From positions 315,237 to 379,236 of the forward strand of contig RDEW01000009.1 in NCBI GenBank assembly GCA_011109175.1: a stretch of DNA of 64,000 nt, given 5' to 3'. Below the pieces are notes generated by a model that searched no databases, was not told where the DNA came from, and worked only from the letters and a program-made list of their open reading frames with translations. A program made the position numbers and the translations under genes. Source of the DNA: Dicyema japonicum (taxonomy: Eukaryota > Animalia > Dicyemida). This document shows, in pieces, positions 1-13,668 of the stretch (its first letter is position 1; every line of letters starts with the position of its first letter).

Positions 1-895
1 CAGTAGGACTGATGTCGAAAAAATATCAAAAACACTCCTGCTAAAGGGCTTGATGGAGTCTGCATTTAAAGTACATTCGAATGCAGGGATTTAAGGCAAC
101 AACTACGAATTCCTGCAATATGGAAAAAATCCAAAATAATCAAAATCCTGAAGCACAAAAAAGATCCTTCGGATCCGGGATTTTTCAGACCGATTTCACT
201 ATTATCTGTGGTATCGAAAATTGTTCAACGTGTTGTATTAAAACTAATATCGGAGTATTTTCCCAGATTTTCAACTATTATAATCCTCCCAAACGGACTA
301 TCCTTGTATCGATCGACCTAACCAAGGCGTTTGATAGAACATCAAGGCAGGTTCTAAGTAACAAAATTCTTGCATCTTGAATTCCTCCATGTCTTCAGAA
401 TTGCTCTCTGGAAGAATTGGTCGAGTTAAAATTATATTCACGTACAACTTCCGCCAACTAAATTTTCAACAAATTTTATCAATTTATGGACAAAAGCTCC
501 CCGTTACGAAACATCCCAAAATACTTGGAGTCATTTCGACCAACTACTAACTTACTCGAAACATGTGGAGGAACAACGTACAAAGGCATCTCACAAGATC
601 GACATAGTAAAATCTGTGTCATACCATTCCTTCGACCAAAGCAAAGAAGCCCTAACCTTCATCTATATACAGTTCATTCGAACCACAATTAACTATGCAA
701 GTCTTTTTTTTCCACCTCTGTCTCCTTACTTCTATCGATAAACTACAAAAAAGTCCAAAACATCGCGCTCAGAACGATTACTGGATATCTCAGATCAACC
801 CCATTGATCATCTACACTGGGAATCAAAAATCCTTCCAATTGGAGACCATTTGGAAATGCGAGCTCTGCAGTCCCTCTCCTAAGCCTACAGCCTA
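1..895 (+). mobile_element. Decayed non-LTR retrotransposon RT/3' fragment (Ingi/Vingi-like)
   Basis: ORF 81-380 contains RTILVSIDLTKAFD (RT motif). The later PKILGV-like segment resembles the element at 46380-48790. Many frameshifts. Confidence 0.7.
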
Positions 896-1107
896 GACCA
901 AGGGTCAGCAACATTTTAAGCCAAAGAGCCAATTATTGGTTTTTTGACATTGGTAGTTAATCAAAACGCAATTTAAAAGTTTATATCGCTTTTTTATGAC
1001 TTTTTTTTCACAAAAATTTATACATACTTTATAATCCTTCACAATAAATTATACAACCTCAGCTGTCAATCAATTTTTGATGAAATTTTGTTAATTTTTA
1101 TGATTTT

Positions 1108-2030
1108 GGAAAATAAGAAATGGGCTAGAGAACAAGCAATAATAAACCAGTGCATCGACCAGCAGAACGGAAATAATTTGGCCACTGTGTGGATGAATGT
1201 TAAGAAGGCCTTCGATTCAGTTGATCATGACTTTTTGTATCGAGTACTCGACTCAATAACTCTGGGCTCCCCTACTGGATTGTAGATTTGTGAAAAACAA
1301 ATCTCGAAATGGAAAATTTAGTTGAAGTTTAATCACAGAAATTGGGAAATCAAGATAAAGAGAGGGATAATGCTGGGTGACTCTCACCGCAAATCTTTGT
1401 GCTTGTAATGGACATTATTAGCATGATATCAAATGCTAAATACTCAGCCAGGAAAAGTATCGACCATTTGGCAACAAGGGTTTAGTCGATGTTGAACAAC
1501 GATTGCCTGCGAATGCATAATGAGGTGGTCAAATGCATACAGCTGCACCTTTATCGTCAATATGGAATTAAAAAGACTAAGAGACTCAAAACACACTCCG
1601 TGCAGTCTATTGTTGCAAACGAGTCTGTAGAGATTCGAATGGATACAACAAAAGCCACAAACACTAAGGTACAAAATAACAAACACATATTTTTGTTCGA
1701 TAAGATGAAAAATACAATAACCCTAATAAAAGTAAGAATCAAATCCCCACAATCTATGAAGCATGTCTAAGTCGAGAAGTTACACAAGTATGATCTCTTA
1801 GTAAGAGAACTCGGATTAATACAAAAAGCAAAAGATTTATATAGTGCCAGTAGTTTAGACTTGTGATGGAATCATCAGCAAGTACTAGAACATTTAGAAG
1901 CCTTGAAGCTGGATGGCCTGTGAAAGCAATACAGACTGTCACGATTAAAAAGACAGCTGCAAATATTTTTAATGGATATTGAGATGAAGTGGGAATTGTG
2001 GACGATGATGAGAAGGATGCTAAGATTTAT
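1108..2030 (+). mobile_element. R4/Dong-like RT plus restriction-like endonuclease retrotransposon remnant
   Basis: AREQAIINQ...WMNVKKAFDSVDH (RT) and RMHNEVVKCIQLHL...TITLIKV...KYDLL (RLE region); internally deleted. Confidence 0.75.
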
Positions 2031-4329
2031 CCCTACCAACATAAATATGGGTTAGAGACAAAGAGATATGGAATGATCGACGAAGGATGTGCTGTTGAAG
2101 GATGCTGTATGTAGAAAATTAACTTTAGTTTTTGTAGAGAATTACGTTTATTATTTAATTTTTGTATTGTTTCTTTTAAATTTTTTTGAGTATTTTTGAA
2201 TATTAAAATGGCTTTCCTAATGGGTGTCATCCAAAAATATTTCTCTTCATTTCACAGAAAGACAATTATGATAGCTCCCCGGAAAATGTTCTCTTCATCA
2301 CTGTGCCTGGATGAGGGCCACTTAAACATATCAAGATGACGGAATTTGTTAGTTAGGGAGTTTGAATGGCCATGCTGTTTCCTTTGACAATGGTCATATC
2401 GTAACTATCGAGATACGCCCTGGAAATCACTAGTCTCACGTGGATCCTTGCTGACTCTTTCGATCATTGAGCTGATCAAACGGACTAGATCGTCAGTATT
2501 ATTAATATTAACCGGTTTTTTTGCAAAAACGGTTGAATTGACAATCATCTTCTCCAGACATCACTTCAATAAGTATCAACCATTGTAAGATCCCTTCCAT
2601 GAAAAAGGATTGATTTTTTTGAAATCGGCTATGCACTGGTGTTCCTGAAACAGGCAGATCAAATGACGCATTTGTCCATGTCGGTGGTTAAATCCATTAT
2701 ACAGTGATAAGGACAACTGCGAAATAGTTTATTGCAACAAAGATCGAAAAACTAGTTATTTTAGCACATTGATTGCAACATTATTAGGTTGATTAGGAAA
2801 TTAGTTATTTATTATACCTGTAACACATTTACCAGATAATCCCCAAAACACTATATATTACTAACTTAAAAGACAGTATTATTTAATAAGAGAAAAGTAA
2901 GGCGATTAAGAGACCCAGTCATTTCACAATGGTTTTCTCATCTAAACTATATGTTTTTCTATTATCTCTTGATGACTGTATGCTCATGTGAAATAAATAA
3001 GTGGGTCTTTTCCTAATAAGAACTGCAAGGGCAGGTTCACTAAAGGAACCGAAAACTGATATCAAGTAGACAATTTATCTAAGTAACTAATTGGTGGGAA
3101 GGTTAAAGTTATAGCGTATTTTTTTGACGAAATATCTACTTAGTTTCATAATGGAGGGAAGATCTTGTCTTTCTTTTCGCTTGCACGGGCGAGATGACAG
3201 ATACAGAAAAAAATCAGATCAACCAAAGGATATATCGGGTTCGTGTAGGATCTATGTTCAGATCCTGTCCAGACCAAAAATTGAAAGATCACGTATCAGA
3301 AATTGCATACAATGATGATTGTAATATGTTTTTAATAAATGTTAATTACAGCCCATGATTACGTAAAATTCGAGCCACTAGTCTACTCAAATTTTATTTT
3401 TAATATTTTTGTAATCATAAAAAATGGTTGATCGATTTTTAAATTATGTATTTATTATGACAACAGTTACGAAACATTTAAATAAATACTCACTTAACGG
3501 TAAGCAATGACTTATTGTTAACTTCAATCAATCCAACTAATGTTGTGGAATTTCAAAGGTAAACAAAGAATCTACTGATAATCGAACATTTTTTTAAACA
3601 TATTCGAAAATTAATTAAAAATATTTCGCTTACATATTCAAAAATATTTATTTTTGTTGTCTTTACGATCTTTCTCACTAACATATTCTTTTTATTGATT
3701 TTGAAAATAATGCTCATTCAATATTTTATTAACAAATCTCGCCTTAAGGGACCTGCATGAGGTTGACAGAAAACAGTACTCTTAATGCGAGACAATTCCT
3801 AAAGTAAACTTAAGGACATAAACAAATTAATGAATACAAAAATGAAAAAAATTCAAGAAAAAAAAGTTAGATAAAAGACGTGATCACACCGCCTTGTTTG
3901 GATTCCTTAAGATTTAAAGACATTACTTACTCAACAAAATAGCCTAAAGAAGTGCAGAAATTCATGATCTCATAGTCAGAATTTCCCTAAGAATAAAAGG
4001 CCAACAAAACCCTTCGACGGACATTAGAACAGATAGCAAATGTGTCATGCTTGCCTCTGTAGACTCCGTTCTCGTCCAACTATAGAATAATAAAAAACAT
4101 ATACCTTAGCAATGCTGAATTGAATGGATCCGAAATCTTTAGGCCCAATTAGCGTATTTGTAGATGAGCTACACTTATTTATATCAAAAATACCATTTTC
4201 TAGGAATATATAGGTCAACTGCGTCTTTCTCACTAACTTCCATAACAAACACGTGATTTTTGAATTATTAAATTTTAATTATATATTTATGCTATTTTAA
4301 ACAAATTTATTATTAAAAGGGAAAAAAAA

Positions 4330-4930
4330 CTTGCCAATTTATATCCTATGCGGGTAATATTGTCATCTCTTCAAAGGACAATAATCATCAAGCAGCCACT
4401 TGAGTCATGAAAGATACTCTTATTTCGTGGCTGTGTCGATACTTTGCTGGATACCCTGAGTACTTGGTTCTGACAACTACAGATTAAAGTTTCTCCAACA
4501 GAATACTTCTGACTTTACTACGTGTAAAGAGACTACGACATAAAACCAAGAATTCTCCTTGATAACACGATTACCCCAGGCAATATCACACCAGATATCC
4601 TGGGAGTCATTTTTGATCAGGGACTCTTTTTCGAAAATATCCGGAATACCAAATAAGAGCTGGGATGAAAATAATGACGATTATAAAATTGTTTCAAATA
4701 CTCTTGGAAGCAACATCGAATGTCTCTTCACCATCTACCGCCAGTTGATCTAGCTAACATTGATCTACACAAGCATCGTAGTCAATGGCCATTTCTCATT
4801 TCCCATGAACAAGTCACCACGATCAAATTATCGGTCCTAATTTGAATCTATGACTTTTGGAGCACTTCTTCTCGAATGACAACGAAATTTGTGAGAACGG
4901 CCAACCTGCCAACTAGCACCTGTACAACTA
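4330..4930 (+). mobile_element. Decayed non-LTR RT C-terminal fragment
   Basis: PDILGVIFDQGL segment parallels 48480-48660. Confidence 0.55.
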
Positions 4931-6339
4931 CTGCTCCTTTCAGGACTCCCTCAGTAGGAGAATGTGTGAGATCTTAAAGTCAACCATCTTTTGAGCACCA
5001 TTAGCACGAGATGGAGACAGATTCATATTCATTAAGTCGTTGTCAAAAAGTGTTACGAGCGACTCAAGGCTCGCATCGTATTTAGCTGTGCGTTCTATAT
5101 TCCCACAGTTATTTACTTGGTTGAAGGATTCTTTCTGTTCTTTGCCTTCTTCAATTCCTAGAGACGTCATTGGATTATCTAACTTGGGAGTTGCCCAATA
5201 GATGTCCGGATCCAAATAGGATCCTCTAATCCCTACTTCAGTAGAGAGGTTCAATCCTTTGATGTTGGAAAATGATATCTTACCCTGACTGATAGAACTG
5301 GATATAATCTATTTCAAGTATACCCGGAGTTATTAAAAAAGTAAACCGCTCTTGTGATGAGAGTGCATTCCCACCTACAATTTTGCAGAAACACGTTCAA
5401 TCAGGCATCCTTCTTCTCGGTTGTCCCTCATGCGATAGCACCCTGGAAGGAAAGCGATTTAGGAGCTAGAATCCCCAGGTTTTGGTCACGACGAGGTTGA
5501 AAACAAACTGTCCTCCTAAAGGTTCGTATTTTTTGTCTTAAGGTTTCAGTTCCTCAGAGACCGATTCTGGGAAACGAAGCTAGTACAAGCTCAGGTACAC
5601 TTAATGTCTCCATCCCATCAAGGTGGATATAAACTCTTGTCCCCTTCTTATTGGACTCAGGAGACATCGGAAAGTTTTGAAATAAAGAAGCATCGGATGC
5701 ACCAATGTTTGTGTTCTCGAATCCCGTCTGACCCAAATTGAAGATCTTGGTTAAGAACCGTCTTCTGAAGGAGAACAAAGGGATTATTAATTCTAGAATG
5801 CTCTAATAATCATGACAGAAGTATTAACTTCTAAGTATTAGTAACAGAAGTATTAGCTCTAATAATCATGACAAAAATTACAGAAATTTGAATTAAGTCG
5901 CTAAAATAATACATTTTGTCGACAAAAACAAAAAATACTGAGTTCGAGACCGCAGCCCTGATTGTATGACTATTTCCCCTCTTGCCTGCTAGGGAAATAA
6001 TCTCGAATAGCCAGCTTTTGCTGAAATATTTTATTTCGCCGAATTCTAAGCTAAATTGAAAAAAATATAGAATTTACTTCAGCTTCTCCTTTTTATGTAC
6101 CTAACCTTCATCGAATTCCTTCAATTTTGAGCCTAAGAATTTGAACCCTGATATTCATGCATCCGAAACTTCCTTGTCATAACTTGGAGTCTCCAAAGTA
6201 TGCTCACAAGAAGGAGAAAGACAGGGCTTTCATCCATCATGAGGTTAAGTACACTGCAATAGAAAAACTTCTTTGATCAGTAAAAAGGGTTTCTAAGGCT
6301 TAGGATGAACTTTTCTGAGAGACCGGAAACTTCTTAGAC

Positions 6340-7452
6340 TGATATGTTTTATGTTATGTTGTTCAATTAAGTCGTGTCCGACTCTTGGAGATCTCATGAA
6401 CGAGTTTCCTCCACTCTCCTCGATCCGTTGCAATTTGGAGTAGCCTTGATGTAGGCATTCCCGTGATGTCTTCCACCGTAGATAGCCACCGAGTCCTCGG
6501 TCGGCCAGGTCTTCTCTTCCCAGTAATATTGCTCAGCATAATGGTTCTTTCCAGTGAATCAGAGCGGACAACATGCCCAAAGAACGCCAATCTGTGTTTT
6601 ACGATTCTTCCTTCTAGCGAAATGTCCGTCTCCACCCGTTTGAATACATCGATGTTTGTTATTTTGGAAGTCCAACGGATTCTTAGTAACCTCCTCCAGC
6701 ACCACAGTTCAAAAGCATCAATTTTTCGTCTATCGCCTTTTTCAATATCCATGATTCTGCGCCGTATAGAAAAACCGGGAACACGATTGCATTAACCAGT
6801 CTGCATTTGGTCCTTAAGGAAATATCTTTGCTTTTCCAAATTCTATTCATTCTCTGGAAGGTGTCTCGTCCCATGGCAATTTGCCTTTTGATTTCCAAGC
6901 CTCCGTCACTATTCCGATTAATTAGACATCCCAGAAAGACAACATTATCGCAACTCTCTATTTTCTCATTCCCAATTTTTAGTTCCATTATTCCATTATT
7001 AGCAGTCGTCATAATTTTGGTCTTCTTGATATTTAGCAATAAACCAAAGACGGCGCTCTCTTCTCTGAATCTTAGAATCAACTCCCTGAGGCCATCCTCT
7101 GTTTCAGCCAGTAAGGTTGTATCGTCAGCATAGCGCAAATTATTGATGTTCCTGCCTCCAATTTTAATCTCGTTATTTGATACAGTATCCAATTTAGTCA
7201 TGATCATTTCGGCATAAATATTGAATAGGATGGGAGATAATAAGCATCCTTGTCTTACTCCTTTACCAATTTCGAACCAATCGGTATCTCCATACACTGT
7301 TCTAACAGTAGCTTCTTGATCCTTATAAAGAGATTTTATAAGCAATATCAGATGGGTATCGAATCTAAATTCTTTTAAAGCGGACCACAGCTCGTCATGT
7401 ATAACGGAATCAAAAGCTTTCCAATAGTCAATAAAGCACTCTCGTCTATATT
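6340..7452 (-). mobile_element. 5'-truncated RTE-clade LINE, RT and 3' end
   Basis: ORFs 6683-7345 (GVRQGCLLSPILFNIY, YADD, YGAESW) and 6363-6752 (IDAFELWCWRRLLRI, GKRRPGRPRTRW) are joined by one frameshift. An (ATAAC)n-like tail follows the stop. Confidence 0.92.
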
Positions 7453-7599
7453 CCCAGAGACTTTAGCAGCTTTACGAGCCTCAGCAATGTTTAGGGTGTT
7501 GGCAGAGAGCCACTCAGAGCACTTGGCCGGGGTTTTGTATTTGACATGTTTTATTGCAGCGTTCCTCTTAGACTGTGGTAACCTTAAATATTATTATAA

Positions 7600-9297
7600 T
7601 AAAAACCAACGAATTAAGGTTAATTTAATCAAAAACTTTCACATCGAGCCTTGATGGACCAGGAAAAGCAACAAGATCCCGAACTACTTTTAGCGAGAGA
7701 CGGATGATATCCACATCGTAAACGTGAAGTTCCGCTCTGCCAGCACTCCGAAGCAGTTTTGAAGCGTTAATCTCTGGAGGTGTGCCCTCCAGTATCTTGT
7801 TCTCTTCGAGGGTTCGTATGGAACGTGTAGACACGAAGTCATGATACTTTCGGTGAGGTTTGGTCTTTTGCCAGAGGTGGGATTTTCCTGAGGTAGCTTT
7901 TGTAGGAAGGAAAGTGATATTCATGGAGCCCAGTTTGGGGAGGCATAATTCAGTGTCGTCCTGATGAATTGCTTGTACAGCTTTATCGGAGCGGCTAATT
8001 TATACACAGAAAAGTCTTCCAAGGACTTTTCTATTTCTGGCTTAAAATTATCCCAATTCGTCTTCCTGTAGTTTTCGAAGGTCCGCCTGATGATAGGTGA
8101 TCGGAGGGTAGGTAGGTCACACCTGACATTCCAGCTAATCAATTATGTGATGGAAGGTGGATATGTTTGGATTCCCGGGACGGGTTCCACATCTTTCGTG
8201 TTGATTGAGAAGGTGTTTGAGTTTTGAGATGACTTGTTCTCCTCTGACATCTGATAAGTGAGTCAAATACCATAGTGGGTCCTTAGCATTAAGGTCTCCA
8301 CAAATCATAACGTTATTGAAGTCGAGTAGGAATTCCGGGTTGGATATTAGTGAGATTGTAGGGAGTGGATATGATGTTAATGGTAATGAAAATCCCATTA
8401 ATGTTCAGTTGTAGGATTCTAATTTTGTTCAGTCTGGAGTTGGGTTCGACATCTTCCGACGCCAGGAGGATCTTATTGGAGCGAAGTCTTTGTGACCGCT
8501 CGATGGTCGCTATCGGGAACTCCTTTGTGAGAACTGAGGGAAAGTAAGTGGTTCTTTTGTCTGAGTAAAAGACACAAGCACATCAATCTGACACCTTGAG
8601 GTGAACCAGAACGTCATTTAATTGCACGTGAATTACCTTTGGTAAGCGCAGGACAGACAGTCACAACTAATTAATCCAAGGAAGGAATCCAAGGGAAAAC
8701 GTATGCTTGTGCCGACCGAATCCAAACTCCAATAATCAATTCATTAAAGGCTTCCGAAGAGAAGTGGAGAAATAAGTTCGCCCGTTTCCATTTTCATCAC
8801 ACATCTTACAGTCGCAGACATCACTTCATTCTTAGGCGGAAGAGTTTTTATTATGGTAATTTCACAAGTGGTGTTGTTCAGAGAGAGGGCAGGAAGATCT
8901 CTTTCAACAACTGTGTTGTGCCAGAAGACTCGTCGCCTCAGGTGTGAGACCTGTTTGACGAGAATTGACCTTCGCTTAAAAGTCAATCTTTCTTATTCGA
9001 ACCCACGACTGTCAGATCCGATGTCATCAGACGTTACGTTCATCCATCACTAACAATGCTCGTAGAAACACAACCGCAGCCATGCCGCCAAGGATATTAA
9101 TCAACAGTCACGGGGGCCCTCAAAGGTTCTCCTCACAGTTGATGCCAACTCCGTTCGAGAAACTTGCGAGGGAACGGGAGTCCGATTGCCATCTCATAAA
9201 TACAGTACAGTGTCCCGTACGTACAGGAAGTGCGTCGGTTCTCGATAGAACACTGTGAAAGGATGAGGTGGATGCTAAAGGATCACCTGACGGCCAC
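7600..9297 (-). mobile_element. Internally deleted Ingi/Vingi-like LINE: 5' RNA-motif start, Cys/His-rich (PHD-like) relics, 2A relic, APE, 3' end
   Basis: Minus strand begins GTGGCCGTCAGGTGATCC at 9297. KILLASEDVEPNSRL is followed by IRILQLNING (APE start), then MICGDLNAKDPLW and KLYKQFIRTTLNYASPNW. Confidence 0.7.
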
Positions 9298-9324
9298 ATA
9301 TCTTTTTAATATGTCGGATTCTTG

Positions 9325-9519
9325 GTTTTAAATAATTCTTGTGTGTATGTCCTTTTGACTATCCAGTTCCGCAGTGAATCTCCACTGATGACGGCGTCAC
9401 TCGTCAAGCCCTTTTCGCATCGTAGTTGCGTGGAACCTTCCACCAGATGAACAGCAACGAGAATCGGACTTGTGACCTAAGCCACTTTTGCCCGACACCT
9501 AACCACTGTGCCACCCGGG
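9325..9519 (-). mobile_element. tRNA-derived SINE family A, copy 1
   Basis: Minus strand CCGGGTGGCACAGTGGTTAG (A box) and a decayed B box; similar to 10370-10660 and 49495-49660. Confidence 0.8.
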
Positions 9520-10369
9520 TTTTAAATAAAAAAGTAAAAATAAATCCCCCACAGGCGAATTTTTATAAAACGAGATTTGTTATTTTTTAACATATGTCAC
9601 TTTAAATTTAAACTCTTGTATTTATATTTTTATCATTCTCGAAAACTTTGCTTTAAAAAAATTAACATTTCTCCATGGTTGATGACTATTTTTCAGAGAA
9701 TATAAATTTTTTATTCAAAAACTTATTATCTTAAATAGCATACAGTCTAAATTTCCTGACGTTCTTTAATTTTTTTCGAGCAGTGTATATTCATACTTAA
9801 TGACCGTTTTCACTACACGTTAATTCTCGTAGATAACTTTATGTTTTGTATCGAATCAAAAGTATCAACCATATTACATAGAAAATTTGGTGATTAATTT
9901 ACATTTATTTGAACAATTAATAACTGGAAAATTTAGTCATTAATAAATTTCTCGGATTAACCACATACAATTAATATATCAAAATTAGTGCTCTTTGTTG
10001 TTTCTTAAATTAGCTTATTTTGTGTGGAATGTATAAATTAGTTTACTAGACGTACATTTGCTTTCTGTAGCACTGTATATTTTATTTTTTGACTATTTTA
10101 TAAATATTTCCGATAAAATTACTAATAATGAAAATAGCTTTTTTTGATTTCCAGCATCATGACGATTTAGTACTTCAGAGCTTAAATCAACTTATTTTAA
10201 AATGGTTGGACACAATTAATAGCATCTACAGCATTGTAGATATTGGTTACGGAAAACCTCTTCACTGTCGCATCAAGGTGGGTATAGTTTCGTCTCTATT
10301 TGTTTGATTGTGTCATTATTGAAAGTTCAAATAAAGAACAATAATAATAAAGCTGTTCACGAGAGTCAT

Positions 10370-10660
10370 TTTATTTATAGCTTCACATAGGCAGGACACA
10401 CACTTTATTTAAGTAAAGAACAGTTAATTTTAATAATCGTAGAACCAAGGAATGACCTTCACTACTTTTTTTCTTTTTCTTGTGTGAGTGTCCTTTCTAG
10501 ACAATCCAGTTTTGCAGTGAGTATCCACTGATGACGGCGTCACTCGTCAAACCCTTTCTGCATCGTATATGCGTGGAACCTTCCACCAGGTGAACAGCAG
10601 CGAGATTCGAATTCGTAGCCTAAGCCACTTAAGCCGACACTTAACCACTATGCCACCCGG
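10370..10660 (-). mobile_element. tRNA-derived SINE family A, copy 2
   Basis: A box GTGGCATAGTGG, B-box-like ATTCGAATCT; body shared with copy 1 and 3' extension shared with 49495-49660. Confidence 0.8.
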
Positions 10661-10699
10661 CTGAACAAGTATCCCATATATTCTACAACTATAGATTTA

Positions 10700-11662
10700 A
10701 TATAAAAAATAATATCAACAGAAATTATGGAAAGTTCAATTGTCCAATTTTGAAAAAACTAATTGAATTCTTCATCAGGCCTTTCCGACATAGATGATTG
10801 TTTGTTGAATTCATCATTGACTTTAATGGATTTAATGACTTCTAATTCCAAGATATAACTATTTTTAAATGTTGTATTTTATTATAAAAACACGTAAAAT
10901 CTTTAGCTAATAGGCAATAGGCCATAAAACATGTAAAGTCTTTCGAAAAGATCCTTCGTCCGATATTGGAGAGAAGGACCACGTCATCTCTCGCATGACC
11001 CCAGAAGTTTTTTTACTGAGTTGAATAATAGAAAAAAATCGGGTATGAATATTGATTTTTATTGATTTAACTAATATGATGTGAATATGATGTAACTCAT
11101 AGAGGTCTGAATTCACATTACTATTAAGATGAGAGCTGTTGGCATCAACATCAATAAGAGACTCGTTACTATCCACATCTCTATTGATTTCAAGAAAAAA
11201 TTTGTAGTATAATATACTCTTTCAATTCACTATAGGAAGATTTAATAATATCACCGTCATCATTGATTTCACATAGATTTGTTAAAAATTCCATTAATAT
11301 GAGAGTATTCACTAACATCACTGTCCTTATCGATTTTACTCATGAAATTTAACATAAATTATCCATTAGTTTCTCTCACATGTAAAGAGTCAATAGTCTA
11401 CGTATTCATAGTCAGTTAATTCGAAGTAATATTTAACCATTCTTCCACTTTATAGAATCATTAAACTCTATAACTTCATCATTATTCACATTCTCAAATA
11501 CAAGTCCATGAATATATATTCCAAAGCAATTTGAAATTATTATCAAATTCCCATCAAATCCACTAACATAAAATCTTCGAAAATTGGAGGAATCTCAAAA
11601 CCAAAAGGAACGGTTGAATCTGAGTCAGTCTATTATTCCAAATAATAACATTTATTTCCCAT
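10700..11662 (-). pseudogene. Possible decayed protein-coding region of unknown type
   Basis: Interrupted coding-like frames (FYVSGFDGNLIIISNCFGIYIHGLVFENVNNDEVIEF; ORF 10907-11176). No consistent splice model found. Confidence 0.2.
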
Positions 11663-11989
11663 TTTTGACAAAAAATATTTTTTATTGACATTTATAAACT
11701 GCTATGCATGATTATATTGTTTCTAAAATAACACAAAATTGTGTGTATATATCTATTCATTACTTGTGATATTTTTCCTCTTTCTCCCAATTCACTCTTA
11801 TGTAACATCATAAGAGACACCCATCTTCCATCTGTCTACTACTCTGAGGATTTGATGTTTTAGGGAATCCGTGTTTATACTAAATAGACATGAATTCAAT
11901 TTCTTATCTTGTCATTAACCCGGATATACATTATTTAGCATTTTTATTATTTTCCGTGTTATTTTTAATTAATTGGATTATAAGATCAT

Positions 11990-12255
11990 ATCGTGTGTAT
12001 GCTGGGTGGCAAGTACTGTCGAACAGGTCTCTCATAGAAGGTGAAAGGCCTGTAGTAGCCTGGTATGTTCATTCGCGAGTGTCGTTAGAGTCAGCTTACT
12101 TGTGAGTGCAAGACAAATTTGATGGAAAGCTTCACCTAAGACTAAATAAATGCACGAGTTCGATAGCGGACAAGTACCGTAAGGGAAAGTTGAAAAAAAC
12201 TTTGAGAAATGGGTTAAAAGTGCGTGAAACCGTTTAGTAGGAAGCGGATAGAGTC
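11990..12255 (+). pseudogene. 28S (LSU) rRNA fragment, D1-D2 junction, pseudogene
   Basis: CGATAGCGGACAAGTACCGTAAGGGAAAGTTGAAAAAAACTTTGAG...GCGTGAAACCGTT matches the conserved eukaryotic LSU core; isolated, no flanking rDNA. Confidence 0.85.
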
Positions 12256-12489
12256 CTGATGTTGTTCGATATTCTTAACATTGGACCACCTGAACTCGAC
12301 GCAAACCCGATAAATATCTCGGAGTGAATTAATTTGGTATTACGCTTACTGATAATTGGCAGTTTTCTGCATGCTAGTGAAGCACTCATAATTTGAAATT
12401 TAGAACGAAGGAGGAAACCGGACAGATCAAAAATAAGCAAATTTGAAAAAAATTCACTCCATAAACAAATAAAGTTTTTTAATAAAAGC

Positions 12490-12580
12490 TCTTTTTCCAT
12501 TATATCATTTGTATGATAATTTTTACTAAGGATAGTTGATTTCTCTGGGGCTAATAGTTGAAGCTACATACTTCACAATT
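12490..12580 (+). pseudogene. Duplicated fragment of tetraspanin exon1-intron1-exon2
   Basis: Near-identical to about 24784-24875, including the 25-nt intron GTATGATAATTTTTACTAAGGATAG. Confidence 0.85.
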
Positions 12581-12584
12581 ATAA

Positions 12585-12860
12585 TAAAGATGGAACAAAA
12601 ACGTATTGCCTAATATGTAATATTACTTTTCAAATGAAACAACGAAGGCATCAATACTATTGCAGCATTTGCGATGCAAACATTTGTCTAAACTTGACAA
12701 ACGTATTGAATACTTCGAAAAACTAAGGGAGAACAATTTCAACACTCATATAGAATTAATAGACATAAAAAATAATGCATACAGTCCGACCTCGATTCGG
12801 AGAAAATCTCACCTTGGTTATAGGAACATTCTCAGATTTTTGAACACTTGGTTGTATTGG
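12585..12860 (+). mobile_element. hAT-type (CGGBP1-like) transposase zinc-finger fragment
   Basis: DGTKTYCLICN...QHLRCKH pattern; a related start MPKPKSS...VSEFKDEF lies at 13903-14030. Confidence 0.45.
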
Positions 12861-13509
12861 CGTAGAAATAGAAAAGACCCTTTCAGATAAAAACTTCGAC
12901 GTGGAACAAATTTGATTAATTATGAATTGGGCGATTTTTGTCTATAAAGTCAAAAATACTTGTTTAAAACTTAATAAATGGAATTTTTGATCAAAAATAT
13001 TATATAAATCAAAAGTTATAGTCAAAAAAGTAAAAATTTATTTTTTAGGTCAAAAATTTCATTGATTTTTATTTTTTATTAATTAATTTTCATGTTTTTA
13101 ACTAAAATACTAACACGTCAAAAACTGTTACGCGAGGAATGTCTCTGAAAAGGTTAAGACTGTTATTAGAAAATACCATGACGAATTTTCTATCAACTCA
13201 CGAATTTTCTAACAACAGCATTCTATTGAATTTTTTGTCTAAGAAACATTTCAAACTAACAGATTTAACATTTTTCAAAGGTGTCACTCAAAAAATACCT
13301 GATTTCCCCATTCCATCTATCGACTCTAGAATACATTCGAAAATCGATTTGAACCAGAACTGGGATTGCATCTTAAACCGAAGTCCATAGATATTTTCTT
13401 TTAAATAGTCTTTTAATAAAAAATAACTCAAAAATATTTTTACTTAAGTTTGTTATGAAAACGAATTTATTAAATAAAATCGGGTACATTTTTTTGGAAA
13501 TAATGTGTT

Positions 13510-13668
13510 AAGTCGTGACTGCGAAAATCCAGTCACTCGACCGACTCGTGCTTGTGTGAGGACTAGGGAGGAGAATCGGGCCAAGATGAGGTCCTTGCTA
13601 GACCGTGCTAAGATCGCGTGATTAGTTAGTTTGCGTAACCGTGGTCTCTGGTATTATTATTATTATAA
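13510..13668 (+). mobile_element. LINE 3' end with (ATT)n tail
   Basis: Shares CAAGATGAGGTC...CGTGA...TTAG...GTGGTCT with 42190-42350 (+) and 28500-28550 (-). Confidence 0.6.

Noticed and set aside
2230-2700. Possible Penelope-like RT fragment on the minus strand
   Set aside because: Only a faint VRLVIS resemblance; too decayed to support.
6463-7133. Plus-strand ORFs of 108-110 aa, and similar shadow ORFs elsewhere
   Set aside because: Antisense shadows of TE reading frames.
9380-9412. CTGATGA followed by a hairpin in SINE family A (also ~10528 and ~49641), as a possible hammerhead ribozyme
   Set aside because: No GAAA after stem II and no stems I/III; it lies antisense to the SINE.
9440-9519. 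Functional tRNA gene (also 10590-10660 and 19160-19218)
   Set aside because: A box present but no intact cloverleaf; these are SINE heads.
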